Source of the DNA: Spironucleus salmonicida
Taxonomy: Eukaryota
DNA: 64,000 nt
Direction of reading: 5' to 3'
Assembly (NCBI RefSeq): GCF_000497125.1
Contig: NC_090596.1
Location: 1,302,001-1,366,000 of the forward strand
The number at the start of each line of letters is the position of its first letter. Positions within the stretch are counted from its first letter, which is position 1. The notes below the pieces were generated by a model. That model saw only the letters and a program-made list of their open reading frames with translations, did not search any database and was not told where the DNA came from. Positions 12,340 to 25,703 of the stretch are shown here, in pieces. A program made the position numbers and the translations under genes.

Positions 12340-13482
12340 TCAATAATCAGAAAAATCAGAAAATTTAATTAAAATATCTTAAATTTTACTAAATTCATCG
12401 CGTACAGAAGGCTACACTTCTAAAATACAGCTAACCATTACTCCAATACTTTTACATTTACTATAATTTTTAATTCCGAATTCCTTCATAAATAAATCTT
12501 GAATAGCTTTAATTTATTAATCCTTCAATCTAAAATCTGTTAACATAATTAAATTATGGACAATTTCATAACTATCCTGCAATCTATCAAACAAATATTC
12601 TTAATCTATCTAGCCCAGTATATATGCGCCTTATGAGCAACATGAAATAGTTGTTAAAATTTGTAAAATACCTCTTGACAACTAAGTTATCTAACCGCAT
12701 TTTAAACCCTCTACCAAACTCTGAATAACTTGTATATTTGTAAAATTATTCAGACAATCCTTATCAATGGCTTAACATACCAGAATTTTCCCAATTACTA
12801 GAGCCGCATTATCATCCCGTTTATCTAAATCATTTGAAAAATAGGTCTGTTCTAAGAGTCTCACTAGTAACTAAATATCCAAAATACTGTTAGTTTTCAG
12901 TGAATGTTCAAACATCGAGTCTAGAATAAAACTTTAACATTTTCCAGGAAGTTTCACAAACTCTAATGCTTTTTCATAGCAATTTTCAAAATAAAATGAC
13001 AAAGCAGTTACGGCGAATAGGATTGGCTGGTTGAAAGGATGCAATAACTTATCTATGCGAGAAGTTAACAACTGTGATACATTTTCAAATATCTCACCCT
13101 ACAAAGCTAGATTATGTATTATCATATAATGCAACGAAATAAAGGCCTCGAAGTGAGTAAATGTGTTTAACTGTTCTCGGAAAACATTAATTTCAAGTCT
13201 TTAAATAATATATTCATATTCAGTTGAAAATATCATGAAAATATTTGAGTTTTGCAGCAAAGTGAGTTAATTTAAAAAGCTTATGACCTCCATTCTTATA
13301 TTTACAGCGTCGACAAGCAGGAGCATAAAAAGAGATTTGAGAAAAACGGGATCTTCTTGTAGAAACTGCATTCCCCCCGGCGTAAGAAGCCCCTTTAGCA
13401 GTCTAATACCCGTAAGCTTAATGTCATTTGTCTCGCCTTGCATAATCTGGCTTCGCAAATAATCATATTTGTTTTAGTCCAT
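12340..13482 (-). CDS. ARM/HEAT-like helical protein (paralog A)
   Basis: 381-codon ORF MDQNKYDYLRSQIMQGETNDIKLTGIRLL...; aligns with 14573-15799. Confidence 0.7.
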
Positions 13483-13573
13483 TATCAGCCCAAAAATATT
13501 TTGTGCCAGATTTAATATTAAAATAGCAAACGTGAAACTGACAAAAATTCATTAAACGCCCATTTCGCGTTCC

Positions 13574-14518
13574 TCACTTCATGTGCAGCATGACCGCGTG
13601 GCAGTCCTGCAGAAACTGCCCTATTTCGACCCCGCGGCCGGCGTTCTTCAGCTTTTCGAAGGCGTAGCACTCGGGAACGCCGATAATGCTCATTTTCTAT
13701 TTCTGGGCGTCTGGGAGCGCCTCGAACCGGTCCATGCGCTGCTCCTCGTCCTCGCCACGCACACTGAAACGCTCACCCTTCCCGGCCTCGAGGACGAGCG
13801 CGCAGGCGCCGGCGACGAGGAAGTCCATTCCAAAGTAGAGGAAGCAGTCGAAGAAGCGCTCCCAGGGCTCGAATTCGAGGCAGTTGTGCAGGCAGGAGAC
13901 GAGCCACGGCATGAGGAAGTTGGCGTAGTCGAACGCCTCCGCGAGCTCGAGGTCCAGCTGCTGCAGCAGCTCCAGGGTCTGGAACTGGTACAACTTCGAC
14001 TCCGCTGGATGAGTAAAAACCGAGTATTTGAACGCGAATTTTGGCCCTAGAGAATATGCTAATCGCCCGGTGGAAAGGACTAAATACGCTAATGGTTTTA
14101 TTAGCGGCTGCGAGTACGAATTTGACGATTTCAGCGCCACGTCGAATAGCAGGAAGAGGCCGGATTTCGTGTTTAGGAAATGGGTGTGTGGGAATGCCCG
14201 GTTGATGTCTTTGAGTATTTACTCAGCATTTTCCACTTTAATGGTTATATCAGGTGCTGAGACATCTTTTAGGACTTTTACGTAAAAAAGCTGCTTGTGG
14301 GAGTACGGTATGCCCGTTAGAACGTAGTTTTTCGTTCGTTCGCTGGTAAAGTTGTGCTAGAAATCGCGTGAATTCACGTATTCGTTGAACTCGAGTTCGT
14401 AGGCAAGGGAGAGATTTGGCGGTTTACTTGGCTTATTTAGCATGCCTGTGTTACTCAGCGGCTAATTTGGGTCTTAGAGAGAGTAATTTTGGTAATACTC
14501 TTCAAATAGTTTGTCCAT
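13574..14518 (-). CDS. Rab-GAP TBC domain protein
   Basis: GIP motif, ILKDINRAFP (IxxDxxR), YSQP (YxQ), WERFFDCFLYFGMDFL. Confidence 0.85.
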
Positions 14519-14572
14519 TTGATGGAATACAATATATGTTATTTTAATGTATAATAATTATATAATATAAAA

Positions 14573-15799
14573 TCACTCTCAGCTATCTTCGGCGTATAGG
14601 TTTAGAACTGGCTCTTCCTGCTCGAAGCGCGAGTCAGTGTTAATAATATCGAAAACTTTGGAGCTGTCTATTTACTCTCTAAGAAATATGAATTTCTCAT
14701 ATATTTATTTTATTAACAATTATATTTAGAAAGAACTCTAAAACGAACCTCTTTAATAAAGTCTAATGAAATTTGATACCAGATTGATAATGTTATCAGA
14801 AGATGGTTCCCAATTCGTATATAGTAAAATATTTATTAATATGCATATTTAGTCTTGGTTTTTGGCATTAAAAATATACTTCCTAATACAATTGTTAATA
14901 AAGTTAGGCTGCTACCAAATAATAATTGCACCATTTTAATGACAACTAATAGTATTAAGTATAAATAAAAATGAATTTTTAATATATTGTAACTATGAAT
15001 CTTTAAGAAGGTTTATCATCTATTGTATAATATCAATATTGATAAATTCATAAGTTCTACTGATGCTAGAGCTAATTAAAAGTAATATTTAGCAGCAAAG
15101 AGTTAAAATACGTTCATTATCTTATGTTAATATGATATTAATATTTTATGCAATAATTTCTAATAACTATTCAACTTTAATTAAACTGTGTTTTCTTCTA
15201 GCTTTTTCATATAACACATCTAAAATTACTAGTTAGTTTGTTACTGTTTTCGTAACTATTGATACAACAGCCTGTTCCATTTCTGTGTTCCAGGCTGCAT
15301 ATGCTGCAGCTGCAATTAAAAGTTTCTCCCACTAAGGATGGGTGACTTAATAAACCTTAGGCATGATAAATTATATGCCATCCAACAAATATGCTCCCCT
15401 AATCACTATATTGTGAATTACTAAGTAATAAAGTCTCAAAAACTCATCAAACTATTTAAACTATTAGATTTTTAGTCTAAATTGAGGAGATTCTACTGCT
15501 TATATAACAAGAATAAAATATTCATCAAATATACCCCCCAAATTTAGATTTAATAATGTTAGCTTTGAAAGAAAAAATATGGTTTCCAATCTTATTTCCG
15601 GTTATTCCTCCACACAAAGTCTAATCAATGATGGTAAGAAATGAGGATATTAACTAATTATTTCATAACCTTCAGATGACAAATAGTGATGTAATTTCTA
15701 GATTCCACTTATCTTCACTTCGTCTGTTTGTCCTTTTAAAATCAAATGCTGAATCTCCTCGAATTAATCTTTTTCTCGTGACAATATAGACTAGTTCAT
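14573..15799 (-). CDS. ARM/HEAT-like helical protein (paralog B)
   Basis: 409-codon ORF; ILKGQTDEVKISGIQKL...FLPSLIRL...IRLETIFFLSKLTLL aligns with paralog A. Confidence 0.7.
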
Positions 15800-15847
15800 T
15801 TTGGTAAACTTGTCTATAATTATATTTATAACAATATGTAAAATTAT

Positions 15848-17278
15848 TCAATCACTCCATCCAAAATTAGAAGCATATACTCCATCATCTTAAAAATCTA
15901 ATTTTAAAAAGTTGCAGTTGTAAATAGTACTTTTAGATAAACCTGCAATTAAAGCACCACCACATAGGTTAGAGTTGATAATCTTATCTCCCCCATATAT
16001 ATAAACATTAACATCATCTAAATTAAAATTAATCAAACTATTTGTCGAGACTGGTGATGGTTATTATGGAATAATAGAATTTGATAACAACATCATCGCT
16101 GTATAAACTTGAGCTCTTTTTGTATCACCAGATGCATACAATTCAGGTAAATTAGATGATAAAATTGGAGTATCAAAAAATTAGGATAGCTATGACGACT
16201 ACGGTGACTAAAAACCAGGCAAAGGCTCCTCTGATTTTATTTGTGATTCCTATGTTTATATAGGAGATTTTACTTTAATTTTTAGCTTTGAAGAAACTTA
16301 GGATTATATTTCCGATTAAAGCTACGATTATACTTATGATTAAGATTGCATTGATGTATTTGTTAACTAATCAGCATTCATAGTATATTTCGTTTAGTTC
16401 CAAGGATAATCTATATACAAAAACGTTATTCCACAAATTTAAATTTTAAATGGATTTTGCCCAACTTAAACGTATTACTGACTTGTTATTAGCTAAAATT
16501 ATTTAGGTAATTCTGGATTTACTAGTAGATTATTATCGTTTAATCCAGGTAATAAAATTAACTCTGTCTTATATTGAAAAGCTAGCTACTTTACTTTTTT
16601 AACAAATATTTCTAATTATTTTTTGATATAGATATCCTCCGTAAAATTTACTATTACTATAAAATAATTAAATTCTCCTTTTCTAATAATTTATTCTATA
16701 GTCTATAAAATTTCTTAAGTTATTCCGTGTATCTACGAAAATCCAACTGTAAAATTAGTTTAAATTTCTAATTAACTCTGCTCAAATGGCGGTTAAAATA
16801 TTTTCTCAACCGACAAATATAAATTGTTATTATTATCAATTAATTATCCAATAGCTCCTATAACAGCTCCTGGGTATAGTAAATATTAGCTTTGCTGTGC
16901 TGATTTCTGCAGTAACAACAAGGCGGCATTGCCTAAATGAATTTTATTGTCCTCATCTGTAATAATTTGATGAGCTACTAATGACTAATCAACCAATTAA
17001 ATATATAGATATTTCACTTCTAGTGAACAATAAGATTAAATTTTTGAAATCATCTTTTAAAAATATTAGAACAAAAGTTCTTACTGCGTTTGTTAATATA
17101 CTGATTAAGTTGCTCCATCATGCATTTTAAGATGACAAAATTCAAGTGGTTTCTATTCATTTATTCTAGATACATGAGGAACTTGAAATTATAACTTTGA
17201 TAACTCTATGATATCTTTATTTATAACAACTTCCTAAGTAGAATCGGCAGAATCAGATAGTAGTGCGAGGTCTGCCAT
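15848..17278 (-). CDS. POLA2: DNA polymerase alpha B subunit-like (POLA2/Pol12)
   Basis: QYLLYPGAVIGAIG (cf. YSLFPGQVV), LILLPGLND (cf. LVFVPSLRD), NPFKIQICGITF (cf. PCxxxINGVxF). Confidence 0.55.
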
Positions 17279-17328
17279 TTTTTGTAAATTATTATTAAAT
17301 ATACTGGCATATAATAAATATAATTCTT

Positions 17329-17994
17329 TCAGAAGTCATCTCCTACAAATGCTTTACTTAACCCTAATCCACTTGATCTCATTGACATTTTAAGCTCCAT
17401 AGTCTTCTATAACACTTTTTAAACTACATCATCAGTATTTAGCTTTTCTTGTTATTTCTTCCATTCGTGTTCTAATTTTTTACTATTATCCGCTTTGTTA
17501 TAATTAAATAAGGAATCTAGCATACCACTTTCTACTAAGCTGCCCTTCCTGTTTATATCTTAAATCTTCTCCCTATGAGTAAGCGGTCGCTGGAAGTTTC
17601 TAACGTTAAGGAGCGGGTTCTAAGTATAAGTTTCAGTTAAAAATACTTTTTTGTCAATTTTAAGATGCGAAGATTCTGGCTTATAACTTGTAACAGGTCT
17701 GGCCCTGCTTTTATCAAAAAAAATTCTAGAGTCGTTACGCACTTCAGGAACTGGGGCACCTTTCATTTTTAGTTTTTTCTGATCTGACAGATAATTGGAC
17801 ATTTATATTTTGCTTACAGTAATATCCTACAATTTCGCCCTCTAACGTTATAATTTTTCCAAATCGTCAGACATTTGCTGGATAGTTTTAAGCGACAAAT
17901 CCTATTATTCCTTCAGATTCTGATACTTGTAGCGTGTAGCGTATTCGTGCGACCAAATTTGCCTGTTATAGAACTCCGCCCTCGAAGATATCAT
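17329..17994 (-). CDS. Hypothetical protein
   Basis: 222-codon ORF containing track ORF 17620-17802 in frame. Confidence 0.65.
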
Positions 17995-18064
17995 TTTTTA
18001 CAACTATATCTTATTTTATATAATAATAATATATTTTCATTTCCACAATCACAAAAATTCCACC

Positions 18065-19309
18065 TCACTTGAAACTACGCACAAAGTAATGCCTGTCGTT
18101 CCCGATGCTCAGCAAAGCTTCCTCGACCTCGATCTCGCAGTCTTCTTCAAGGATTTTTTCGGCCCTTTCCACACTCGCGATGCTCCCCTTTTCGACGTTC
18201 CAGTTGTTCGCGCAGACCGAATTTACGGTCAAATAGCCGCATTTTGCGCCGCAGAAACAGCACTGCAGCGAGGCCTCCTTGAGCTCCCCGCAGTACTGTC
18301 CGACCAGATTTTCCCAGCTCAGAATTTCCTTTTTGCTCGCCAGAACGAGCTGATTTAGCTCGTTTTGGAGCCTCTGGATGATGCACTCCTTGGCCTTCAA
18401 AATACCGTTGCTCCCAGCGCTCTCCTAGACCAATTCTGAGCGCATTTTCATCTCCTGCGGAAGCTCAAAATCGATCGCCTGGACGCCTGCGCCAAGCTGC
18501 ACGATGTCTGTAGCCACGATCTGGTCGATCATTTTGAGCATTTCTGGTACCTGCTGAAAGAGGTTTAATTGGTTGTAACTCTCCTGGTACATCATTATCA
18601 TCATTTATTCGAGTTTTTCGATGTTGTTAAGGTTTTCTGCTAAGTAGTTAAAATCTGGCTGGATTTTGCTTGTTTTTTGTGCGCCTGCTCTATTCAGCCG
18701 CTGGATGATCGATTCGCACTCGTTTCTGGTGAAAAGTGTTATTTCCGTGACTTTATCATTGAGGCGTTTTATAACCTCTCTATACTTCTCGTGAACGTTA
18801 TTTAATTTCATCTTTAGGGGTGAAATTTCGGTCGAAATTCGACTTCTGATAGAATTAAGTTTGACGTTAAATGCTTGCTAAATTGTTATTGTTTAGTGCT
18901 AGATGCCTTGATGTAGGGATTCTTAACACTGTGGACAAATGAATTCTTAGCACGTTTCACAGTATAAAATTGCTCTGTTTTTGTGGATATTACATTGGAC
19001 TCGATGCAGCGAAGCAGACTAGGCCGGCAAAATTTTATGCAGTGAAAAGGCGGGTATTTACGAATGAATTTTATTTGTACATTGTATGCATAGTTTTAAA
19101 TCACAAGTTGGACAAAAATTAATTGACGACTCCTATTAGCAGTTTTCGCATGGGTCTTCTACAGATTTTAGTAAAGTTGGTGGGTTTTACGATATAATAG
19201 AATCTTCTACTAATTTAGTCTTAGATGATGATGTATGCTATTTAGATGATACTTTGTCTTTAGATGACGATTTTGAGCGAGATTTTGATTTTGATTTTTC
19301 TTCTGGCAT
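18065..19309 (-). CDS. Tandem B-box zinc finger + coiled-coil protein
   Basis: CENC..FCPTCDLKLCIQC...H..H and CNIH...LYCETCQEFICPQC...H..H, coiled coil, C-terminal CCFCG..C..RHYF. Confidence 0.88.
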
Positions 19310-19354
19310 TTTAGAAATTTTGTAAAATATAATTTATAATACAAAATAAATTAC

Positions 19355-19663
19355 TCAGAGTTTAAGCTCAGACTTTATTTGCTGATACAGATCAGCCAAA
19401 ATCTACTCTTAATCAGAATCTTCCTTTTTAACCTTATATAGATCATCTAAATTATCAGAATATTATTCTTAAAGTAATTAGTTTCTTTAGATCAACTATA
19501 ATATGTCTTTACTTTTTTAATCAAATTTACTATTCACATCATACTTTTAATTATACAAACATTTTTCTTTTAAAAAGTATATTAGTTTATTCTTGTCACT
19601 TTATAAGGAAAATAGTTCAATATAAGCATCATCCAGCTTTGCAAGTAGTTCATCATATTCCAT
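19355..19663 (-). CDS. Hypothetical coiled-coil protein
   Basis: 103-codon ORF MEYDELLAKLDDAY... Confidence 0.6.
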
Positions 19664-19715
19664 TTCAAGTTATATAAAATATTTTTATATTAATATTGTA
19701 TTGTATAAAATTTGA

Positions 19716-20288
19716 ATGCCAACTGTTTCGTCTAGAGAACTATAAATTGAGAACGAATATCTAACGAAAATATACAATAAAGAGTTGTTGGAGCTTTAAA
19801 AAAGTGAATAAATTAAAAAGAAATTAAAGTTAAAGGTATTAGCGTAAAACTAATAGCTTATAGATTTAAATATCTAATTACAAGAAAAAATATAATAAAC
19901 AACAGAAATTAATACCAAGTTTTAATTAAAATTAGATCAGGTATAAATAAATATGTCGACCATCGATGAAAATATAGCTAGAGAGTAGTAGTTTTTTGAA
20001 GATAATTAAGAAATATTATTAATACATGAAAAAGTTATGTAGAAAAAAGAGTAGTTGACAAACAAAATTTAGAATCTCTATGAATAAATTGAATTAAACT
20101 ATGGATTGCAACAAGATTATGATACACTTAAGGAATAAAAAATGATTAATGAGGTTAAAGATAAAATAAAAATTGAAGAGTTGTAAAAATTAGCTGGTTT
20201 AGTTAGCAGAGAATTATTGTTTAAAAATGTTGAGGTAAAGGAAGTACAATAGAAATAAAATAGTTACCTAGAGTTTGATTACCTGTGA
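19716..20288 (+). CDS. Hypothetical coiled-coil protein
   Basis: 191-codon E/K/Q-rich ORF. Confidence 0.7.
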
Positions 20289-20302
20289 TATTTAAAATTA
20301 AA

Positions 20303-20707
20303 TCATACTTTTCTGTCCCAAATCTATTTATTCTCGTGCTCATTTCCTACGCAAATTTCTGATTAGAATTAATTATGTGGATCACGCTTATACAATGGAT
20401 AATGCTTTTCACGTTTTCTAGTTGTAAGCATCAGTGTTTCGCTCATTTACGGCTCTAATAGGGCACGTTTAGCTGAAAAATCCTTATTTTCAGAACAAAA
20501 ATAACCATTATTCTTCTTTAAACACGTTTATGTTAATGTGTTAAACGGAATTTCATACTACCCATTAAATCCTCTTGTATCATTTGTTTTTTATAAATGA
20601 TTAGTATACAGAAATGTCTATCTATTTCCAGACTTTGTTTAATTATACTTTCTTTTGCAAGGAAACTCCCTACCTAAGGTTGGCAAAGCGCCATCTTCAT
20701 ACCGCAT
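20303..20707 (-). CDS. Hypothetical protein
   Basis: 135-codon ORF MRYEDGALPTLGREFPC... Confidence 0.6.
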
Positions 20708-20755
20708 TTAAAAAGAGTTTTTAAATTATATAATAGGATTTAATTTATATATAAA

Positions 20756-20857
20756 ATGAACAGAAATATCAAAACAAAATAAACTGAGATTCCCATCTTT
20801 GAGTTTACAATACCAATTTTAGAACAGCTAGAGATAACCATTGAAATTGAAAAGTGA
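20756..20857 (+). CDS. Candidate 33-aa microprotein
   Basis: AAAATG start after a TA-rich tract, ends AAG-TGA like neighbouring genes; MNRNIKTKQTEIPIFEFTIPILEQLEITIEIEK. Confidence 0.4.
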
Positions 20858-20871
20858 CAAATTTATTCAAT

Positions 20872-21819
20872 TCACTCATATACTATGACATCTTCATTTA
20901 CCATAGAAAATGGCTCTGGGTACTTTCCATCCGTTGACCAACGAATTTCCAAACTTTCATTTTTATATTTAAGTGAATTAACAAACTCTGTGATATTCTA
21001 CTATTTTTTCTGTTCTTCTATAACTAAATCTGTCATTGTACCAAATTCGATTTATATGTTATTTGATGTTTATTATATTTAATTTGATCTATTTTGTTTA
21101 TCTGCTTCAAAACAAGCTATTATTTTTTATTATTATTAAATAACACTTTATAATTCTAATATATTCTCTTGTTATCGCTTAATGTGATCTTTTTTTTCGT
21201 CTAGTTCTACATTCTAACTACCACCAAATTTTATCGGATTACGTAGTTTTTTGTTAGTTTAAATGTATAAATCTTCAATATGAGATAAATTCTCATTTTT
21301 CCGGTTTACTTAACCCAATTTAACCTTTAATATCTTGATCTCCTCAGTTAATGCCAAATTAGATTAATATTATTATTATATAAATTATTCGTTAAGGGTA
21401 ATCTAAACCTTAAGATCTTCGAAATCGTCCTTCTTAGGCTCAATTTCATTAACTTATATAATTTTTTCTTTACCTAGAATCTGTGTCGCTAACTGTACAC
21501 AAAGCTATTTTCCCAGTGTTTTCTACAGTTACTTTAAATGCATTTAAATTAGTTTCAAATCGAAAAAAATCTGCTACTAGTTAATCTACTGTGGAGGGGG
21601 TTATATAGTACCATTTAGCATGAATTTTGGTAAAGCAGATGTTTGGTTTTCCGTGAAAAAAAATTTCATATTTTAGTACAAAACGGCTAACCATGGTAAC
21701 CGATACTCAGGAGCGTTCTATAATGATTGAATAATGTTTAGATAATTATTTTGATAATTTTTAGGTAATAGCGATATTTGTGTTTGCAGAAATTAAATTA
21801 GTTGAAGTTGCGGTTTCAT
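20872..21819 (-). CDS. Hypothetical coiled-coil protein
   Basis: 316 codons between ATG and GAG-TGA in the same frame; Q-rich. Confidence 0.6.
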
Positions 21820-21879
21820 TTTTGTAAATTAATATTATATGGATATAGTAAATTAAATTTTCTTTCCAAAATTATTGTA

Positions 21880-22365
21880 ATGAAGACAGCAGATTTACTT
21901 TATTCGGTAGCTATCAGTGCAAACAATAGGATTACGGAGCTTTTAACATCATACCCATCATATAAACCTTTAACATAATCATAATATTATGCTGTTAAAT
22001 CTATTCATGGGTTTGGAGCATCACAACTTCCCTAAGAGGCATCGTTTGGAATAGCTGGAATTTAGTAGACACCAGGAAATAATCCACCTATTATTGCAGC
22101 TGAATTAACACCTGAAGGTTATATAGATTCACCATAGTAATAGGAGAAAGTTAAATTTTAAGATGCTTCACCAATTTTAAATATAGAATAGGCTGATCAA
22201 CTTGAAAGTAGTAGTATTTTAGCACATTCTGGAGTAGAAGTGTCAAAATAATCTTAGATGGTATTGTCTGATATTTCAAGCAATGCGTAACTAGAATTGG
22301 AAAGGAAAGCCAAACTTTTAGAAACTCCTCAATCTAAACCAAACTAAACACTAGAGCTTGAGTGA
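21880..22365 (+). CDS. Hypothetical protein
   Basis: 162-codon ORF ending GAG-TGA. Confidence 0.65.
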
Positions 22366-22432
22366 TTCGGTGGTAATTTTATTTTGCGCCTTTTAGGTAC
22401 ATCGTTTGTAATTTTCATTACATAATATTTAT

Positions 22433-22453
22433 TCCCACTTCTTTTTCCCTTTC
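22433..22453 (+). promoter_or_regulatory. C-rich (CCACTT) pre-ATG element, MAK16 example
   Basis: TCCCACTTCTTTTTCCC just upstream of the ATG; related CACTT/CCACT motifs precede NIP7, IFT46, the FG-Nup, 30268, RSL1D1-like, RFC2, 53305 and RPC5 starts. Confidence 0.6.
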
Positions 22454-22456
22454 AGA

Positions 22457-23104
22457 ATGCTGTATGATTCTAAGGATTCACTTATCTGGAGTTGTATAGG
22501 TAAAGGAGGATGTGCGCATGCTCTTAAGACAGATCACAAGAAAACTTACTGTAAATCAGAGTATAATGTATCTGGCCTTTGTGATTAGTAATATTGCCCA
22601 TTAGCAAACGCATAATATGCAACATTAAAAGAGGAAGATGACCGTCTTTATTTATTAGTAAAAGTTATTGAGCGATAACATTTACCTGCAACCCAATGGG
22701 AACGTATCGAATTACCACTGAACTATGAAGATGCGCTATATACTATTAGATAAAAGCTTTAATATTGGGATACAGATCTGGTTAAGAAATGTATTTTGCG
22801 TCTAACTAAGTTTAATGAAGAATTTTCTAGAAGAAAATCACTAGGTATGAAGATAAAATCCAGAACAGTATCCACCCGTATGAAATAAGAGCGAAGAGAG
22901 CGTATTCGATAGGCCAAGGCTCTTAAGGCGGCTCATATAGAAAGAACTGTTGAGAAAGAACTTATGAAATAGTTATAGCTAGGTAAGTATGATGGTATTT
23001 TTGATGTTGCACGCTTTAGGCATTCTTAAGAAGATATGGAGGATATGTTGGATGAACATGAAGCTGAATATGAAGTTGTAAACATTAAGGAAAACCAGAT
23101 ATGA
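22457..23104 (+). CDS. MAK16: MAK16 60S biogenesis protein
   Basis: IWSCIG..C...YCKSEYNVSGLC..YCPLANAQYAT...KVIERQHLP..QWERI..AKALKAAHIERTVEKEL. Confidence 0.95.
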
Positions 23105-23114
23105 TTAAGGTATT

Positions 23115-23342
23115 TCACTCTTCAACAATAGCACTCATTCCACCGAATTTAGTGAATATTGGGTAGCTAACCGCTTTGATAACATATGCTGCCATACCGA
23201 TAACAAAAATACCTGTACCTGTTGCAAATGCCAACTTCTTCCATTCGTCATACTAAGGTTTGGCACAAGAATTAATAAAGTTCTTCTATCTATTTATATA
23301 GGTCTTAAGCTGAGCAGAGTTAGTTCTAGGTTAATTAGACAT
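23115..23342 (-). CDS. SEC61G: Sec61 translocon gamma subunit
   Basis: FINSCAKPQYDEWKKLAFATGTGIFVIGMAAYVIKAVSYPI. Confidence 0.92.
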
Positions 23343-23404
23343 TTGTTAGAGGAATTGAAAGAATAATAATTTGATTTATATATTATATCATATTTTAGAT
23401 TAAA

Positions 23405-25693
23405 ATGCAAGAAATTAAAGATGGCTACAATAACTAACTAAATAAACTATTATAAAGTACAAAATGTGTCACTTAAGCATTTTGCGATGATATTATATTA
23501 TAAATTGATCAAGGTTTAATTTAAAACTAGTAAAATTTTGATCATATATCTGATTTATAGCCAATTAAAGCTATACAAACATAAATTCATAAAGATATCT
23601 CTATCAATATGACAACTAAAGATAATGATCCAAAACTAAAAGAAGCTTTGCTAATGTTATAAGAAATTACTACATTCTTGAAAAGTTGTGATTAATTATC
23701 AAATAAAATATAAATTTTTGTAAATGTTGATGAATCTATTGCTGATTTTGAAAGCTATATGGAATTAAACTAGAGTAAATAATAATATAAAGATTATTAT
23801 GACATGCCATTATTTAATAAAGTCATTACAGATATGGATTTAAAAGTTAGATAATCTATATTGTTAGTAATAAAAGAGTTTGAGAAAAAATTAACAATTT
23901 AATGTAGAAAAATTGTTCCTGATATCACAAATACATAGTAATTATTAGTTATTCTATATGAAATCGAAACTGTACTTCCAATGTTTAAATTAATATAATC
24001 ATTCGATGAAAAACTATATTAAAAATAAGTTAAATTTATAGCAATCAATTTACATATCTATTTAAAGCTAATTTGTCTATAATTTCTAGGATGTGAATCT
24101 TATACCCCAAACTCAATACCAATTAATGAAATAAATACTATTTTGTCCCCACTTCGCTTATCCAATTTCCAATTTACTAAATATTCCCTTATAGACGGAA
24201 CTTAATTCACTCCTCCGAAATAATCTAATCCTGATAATAAAAATATTTTTGCAAATATTTTAATATTTTTATCTACTGCCATTATTTAAATATCAAACAC
24301 TCTAAATTCAATGTTTGTTGTAAAATAGACCTTTTATTAATTTTCCTGCAGTTCAATGGATTCAAACCCAGATATTAAATCGGTCCAGTCATTAGATTCA
24401 TTATCTGAAATTATTTCATTTATTTTTTCGTTTATTTCCACACCATATGAAATAGTTAAATCAAACTGTAAATTTGCTTGCTAAATCGAAAATGATTCAT
24501 TAATAAAAATTAAAAATATATAAGCCAACTTATCGTCTGAAAAATCTATTTTCTTTGCCGCAATTAATAAATTTGTCGAAAATAGCGCTATTCTAGGAAT
24601 ATATTTTGCTGCTTTAATAGGTAATTTTACGGCAATCTTAAACTAATACAGCAGCTAAAGTTATATATTAGAAATTAGTAAAGGGGTGTTAAAGTTCTTT
24701 TTAGGACCTTTAGAACTTAATATAATAAATATTTTTGGAAATATCATTAATCACTAATTATAAATGATATAGACGTACAAAGGTAATATTTATTAAACAG
24801 GGGTATGCTAATTCACATTATCATTTACTAGTTCGATATAAGACTCATGGATAGCAATGTTAGGTGGTGCACGTGAAATCCATTTTATTTCAAATTTAAA
24901 AATTTTTGAAATTTTCAATGAGGAATTTTACTCTGAAGTAGAACATGTCAAAAATACTGAATAATAGTTAGCAGACTCTTTTATTAGTTAATTTTATGAA
25001 AAATCAGTATCCGAGGTTTTTGAAGAATACACACCTTCAGATGTTGTACTTACACTGGTTGAAAAATTAGTTTAATCGTTTGTAAACTAAATAGAAGTAA
25101 TTATTAATCTAGATAAAAAAGAATCTGATAAATATGGAGCTTTATTTAAATTTATGAATATGAATTTTATGTTCTAGTTGTTAAATCCAATCTTTGAATA
25201 ATAATTATCTAATTTATAATAGAGTTTATAGGATATTATCAATTAGTAAAGAACGAAATATGTCAATACTTAACTAATTCTAGCTGTTGATTGGTACTAG
25301 ACTTTAGATAAAATTTAAACTTTAGTGGATTAAGGTTTCCCTCTGTCTTCCATTGCAACCAAAGTTGGATTGTAAAAATAAGATATAATCAAAATCCTAA
25401 ATCATTTGCTTTCTAATAAAAATAGTATATCGGAAATGTTTCTAAGAATCGAAAAGCAATCTTCTAAATAATAGCAACACTTTTCATTATTCTCATTTTC
25501 TGTCACATAAGATACTATAAAGAAAATAAAAGAAATGTTATTAGATACTGTAATTAATTTAGCAGAAGAATAGTATTCCAAGTTTTGCGGATTCATAATA
25601 CTAATTTATGGGTCAGATTTAAAGAAATAACCCGAAGAATCCTCTACTATTCGTTAATAATTTCTAACAATTAGTCAACAGCATAAAAAGTGA
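23405..25693 (+). CDS. Helical tethering-complex subunit, Sec3/EXOC1-like (CATCHR)
   Basis: 763 codons; C-terminal KIQTLVDQGFPLSSIATKVGLQKQDIIKIL...EQYSKFCGFIILIYG resembles the EXOC1 C-terminus. Confidence 0.5.
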
Positions 25694-25703
25694 TAGGAGA
25701 CAA

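Noticed and set aside
22397-22455. GT...polypyrimidine-CAG upstream of MAK16 as an intron
   Set aside because: No diplomonad-type GTATGT donor or CTAAC branch point; better explained as the C-rich promoter element
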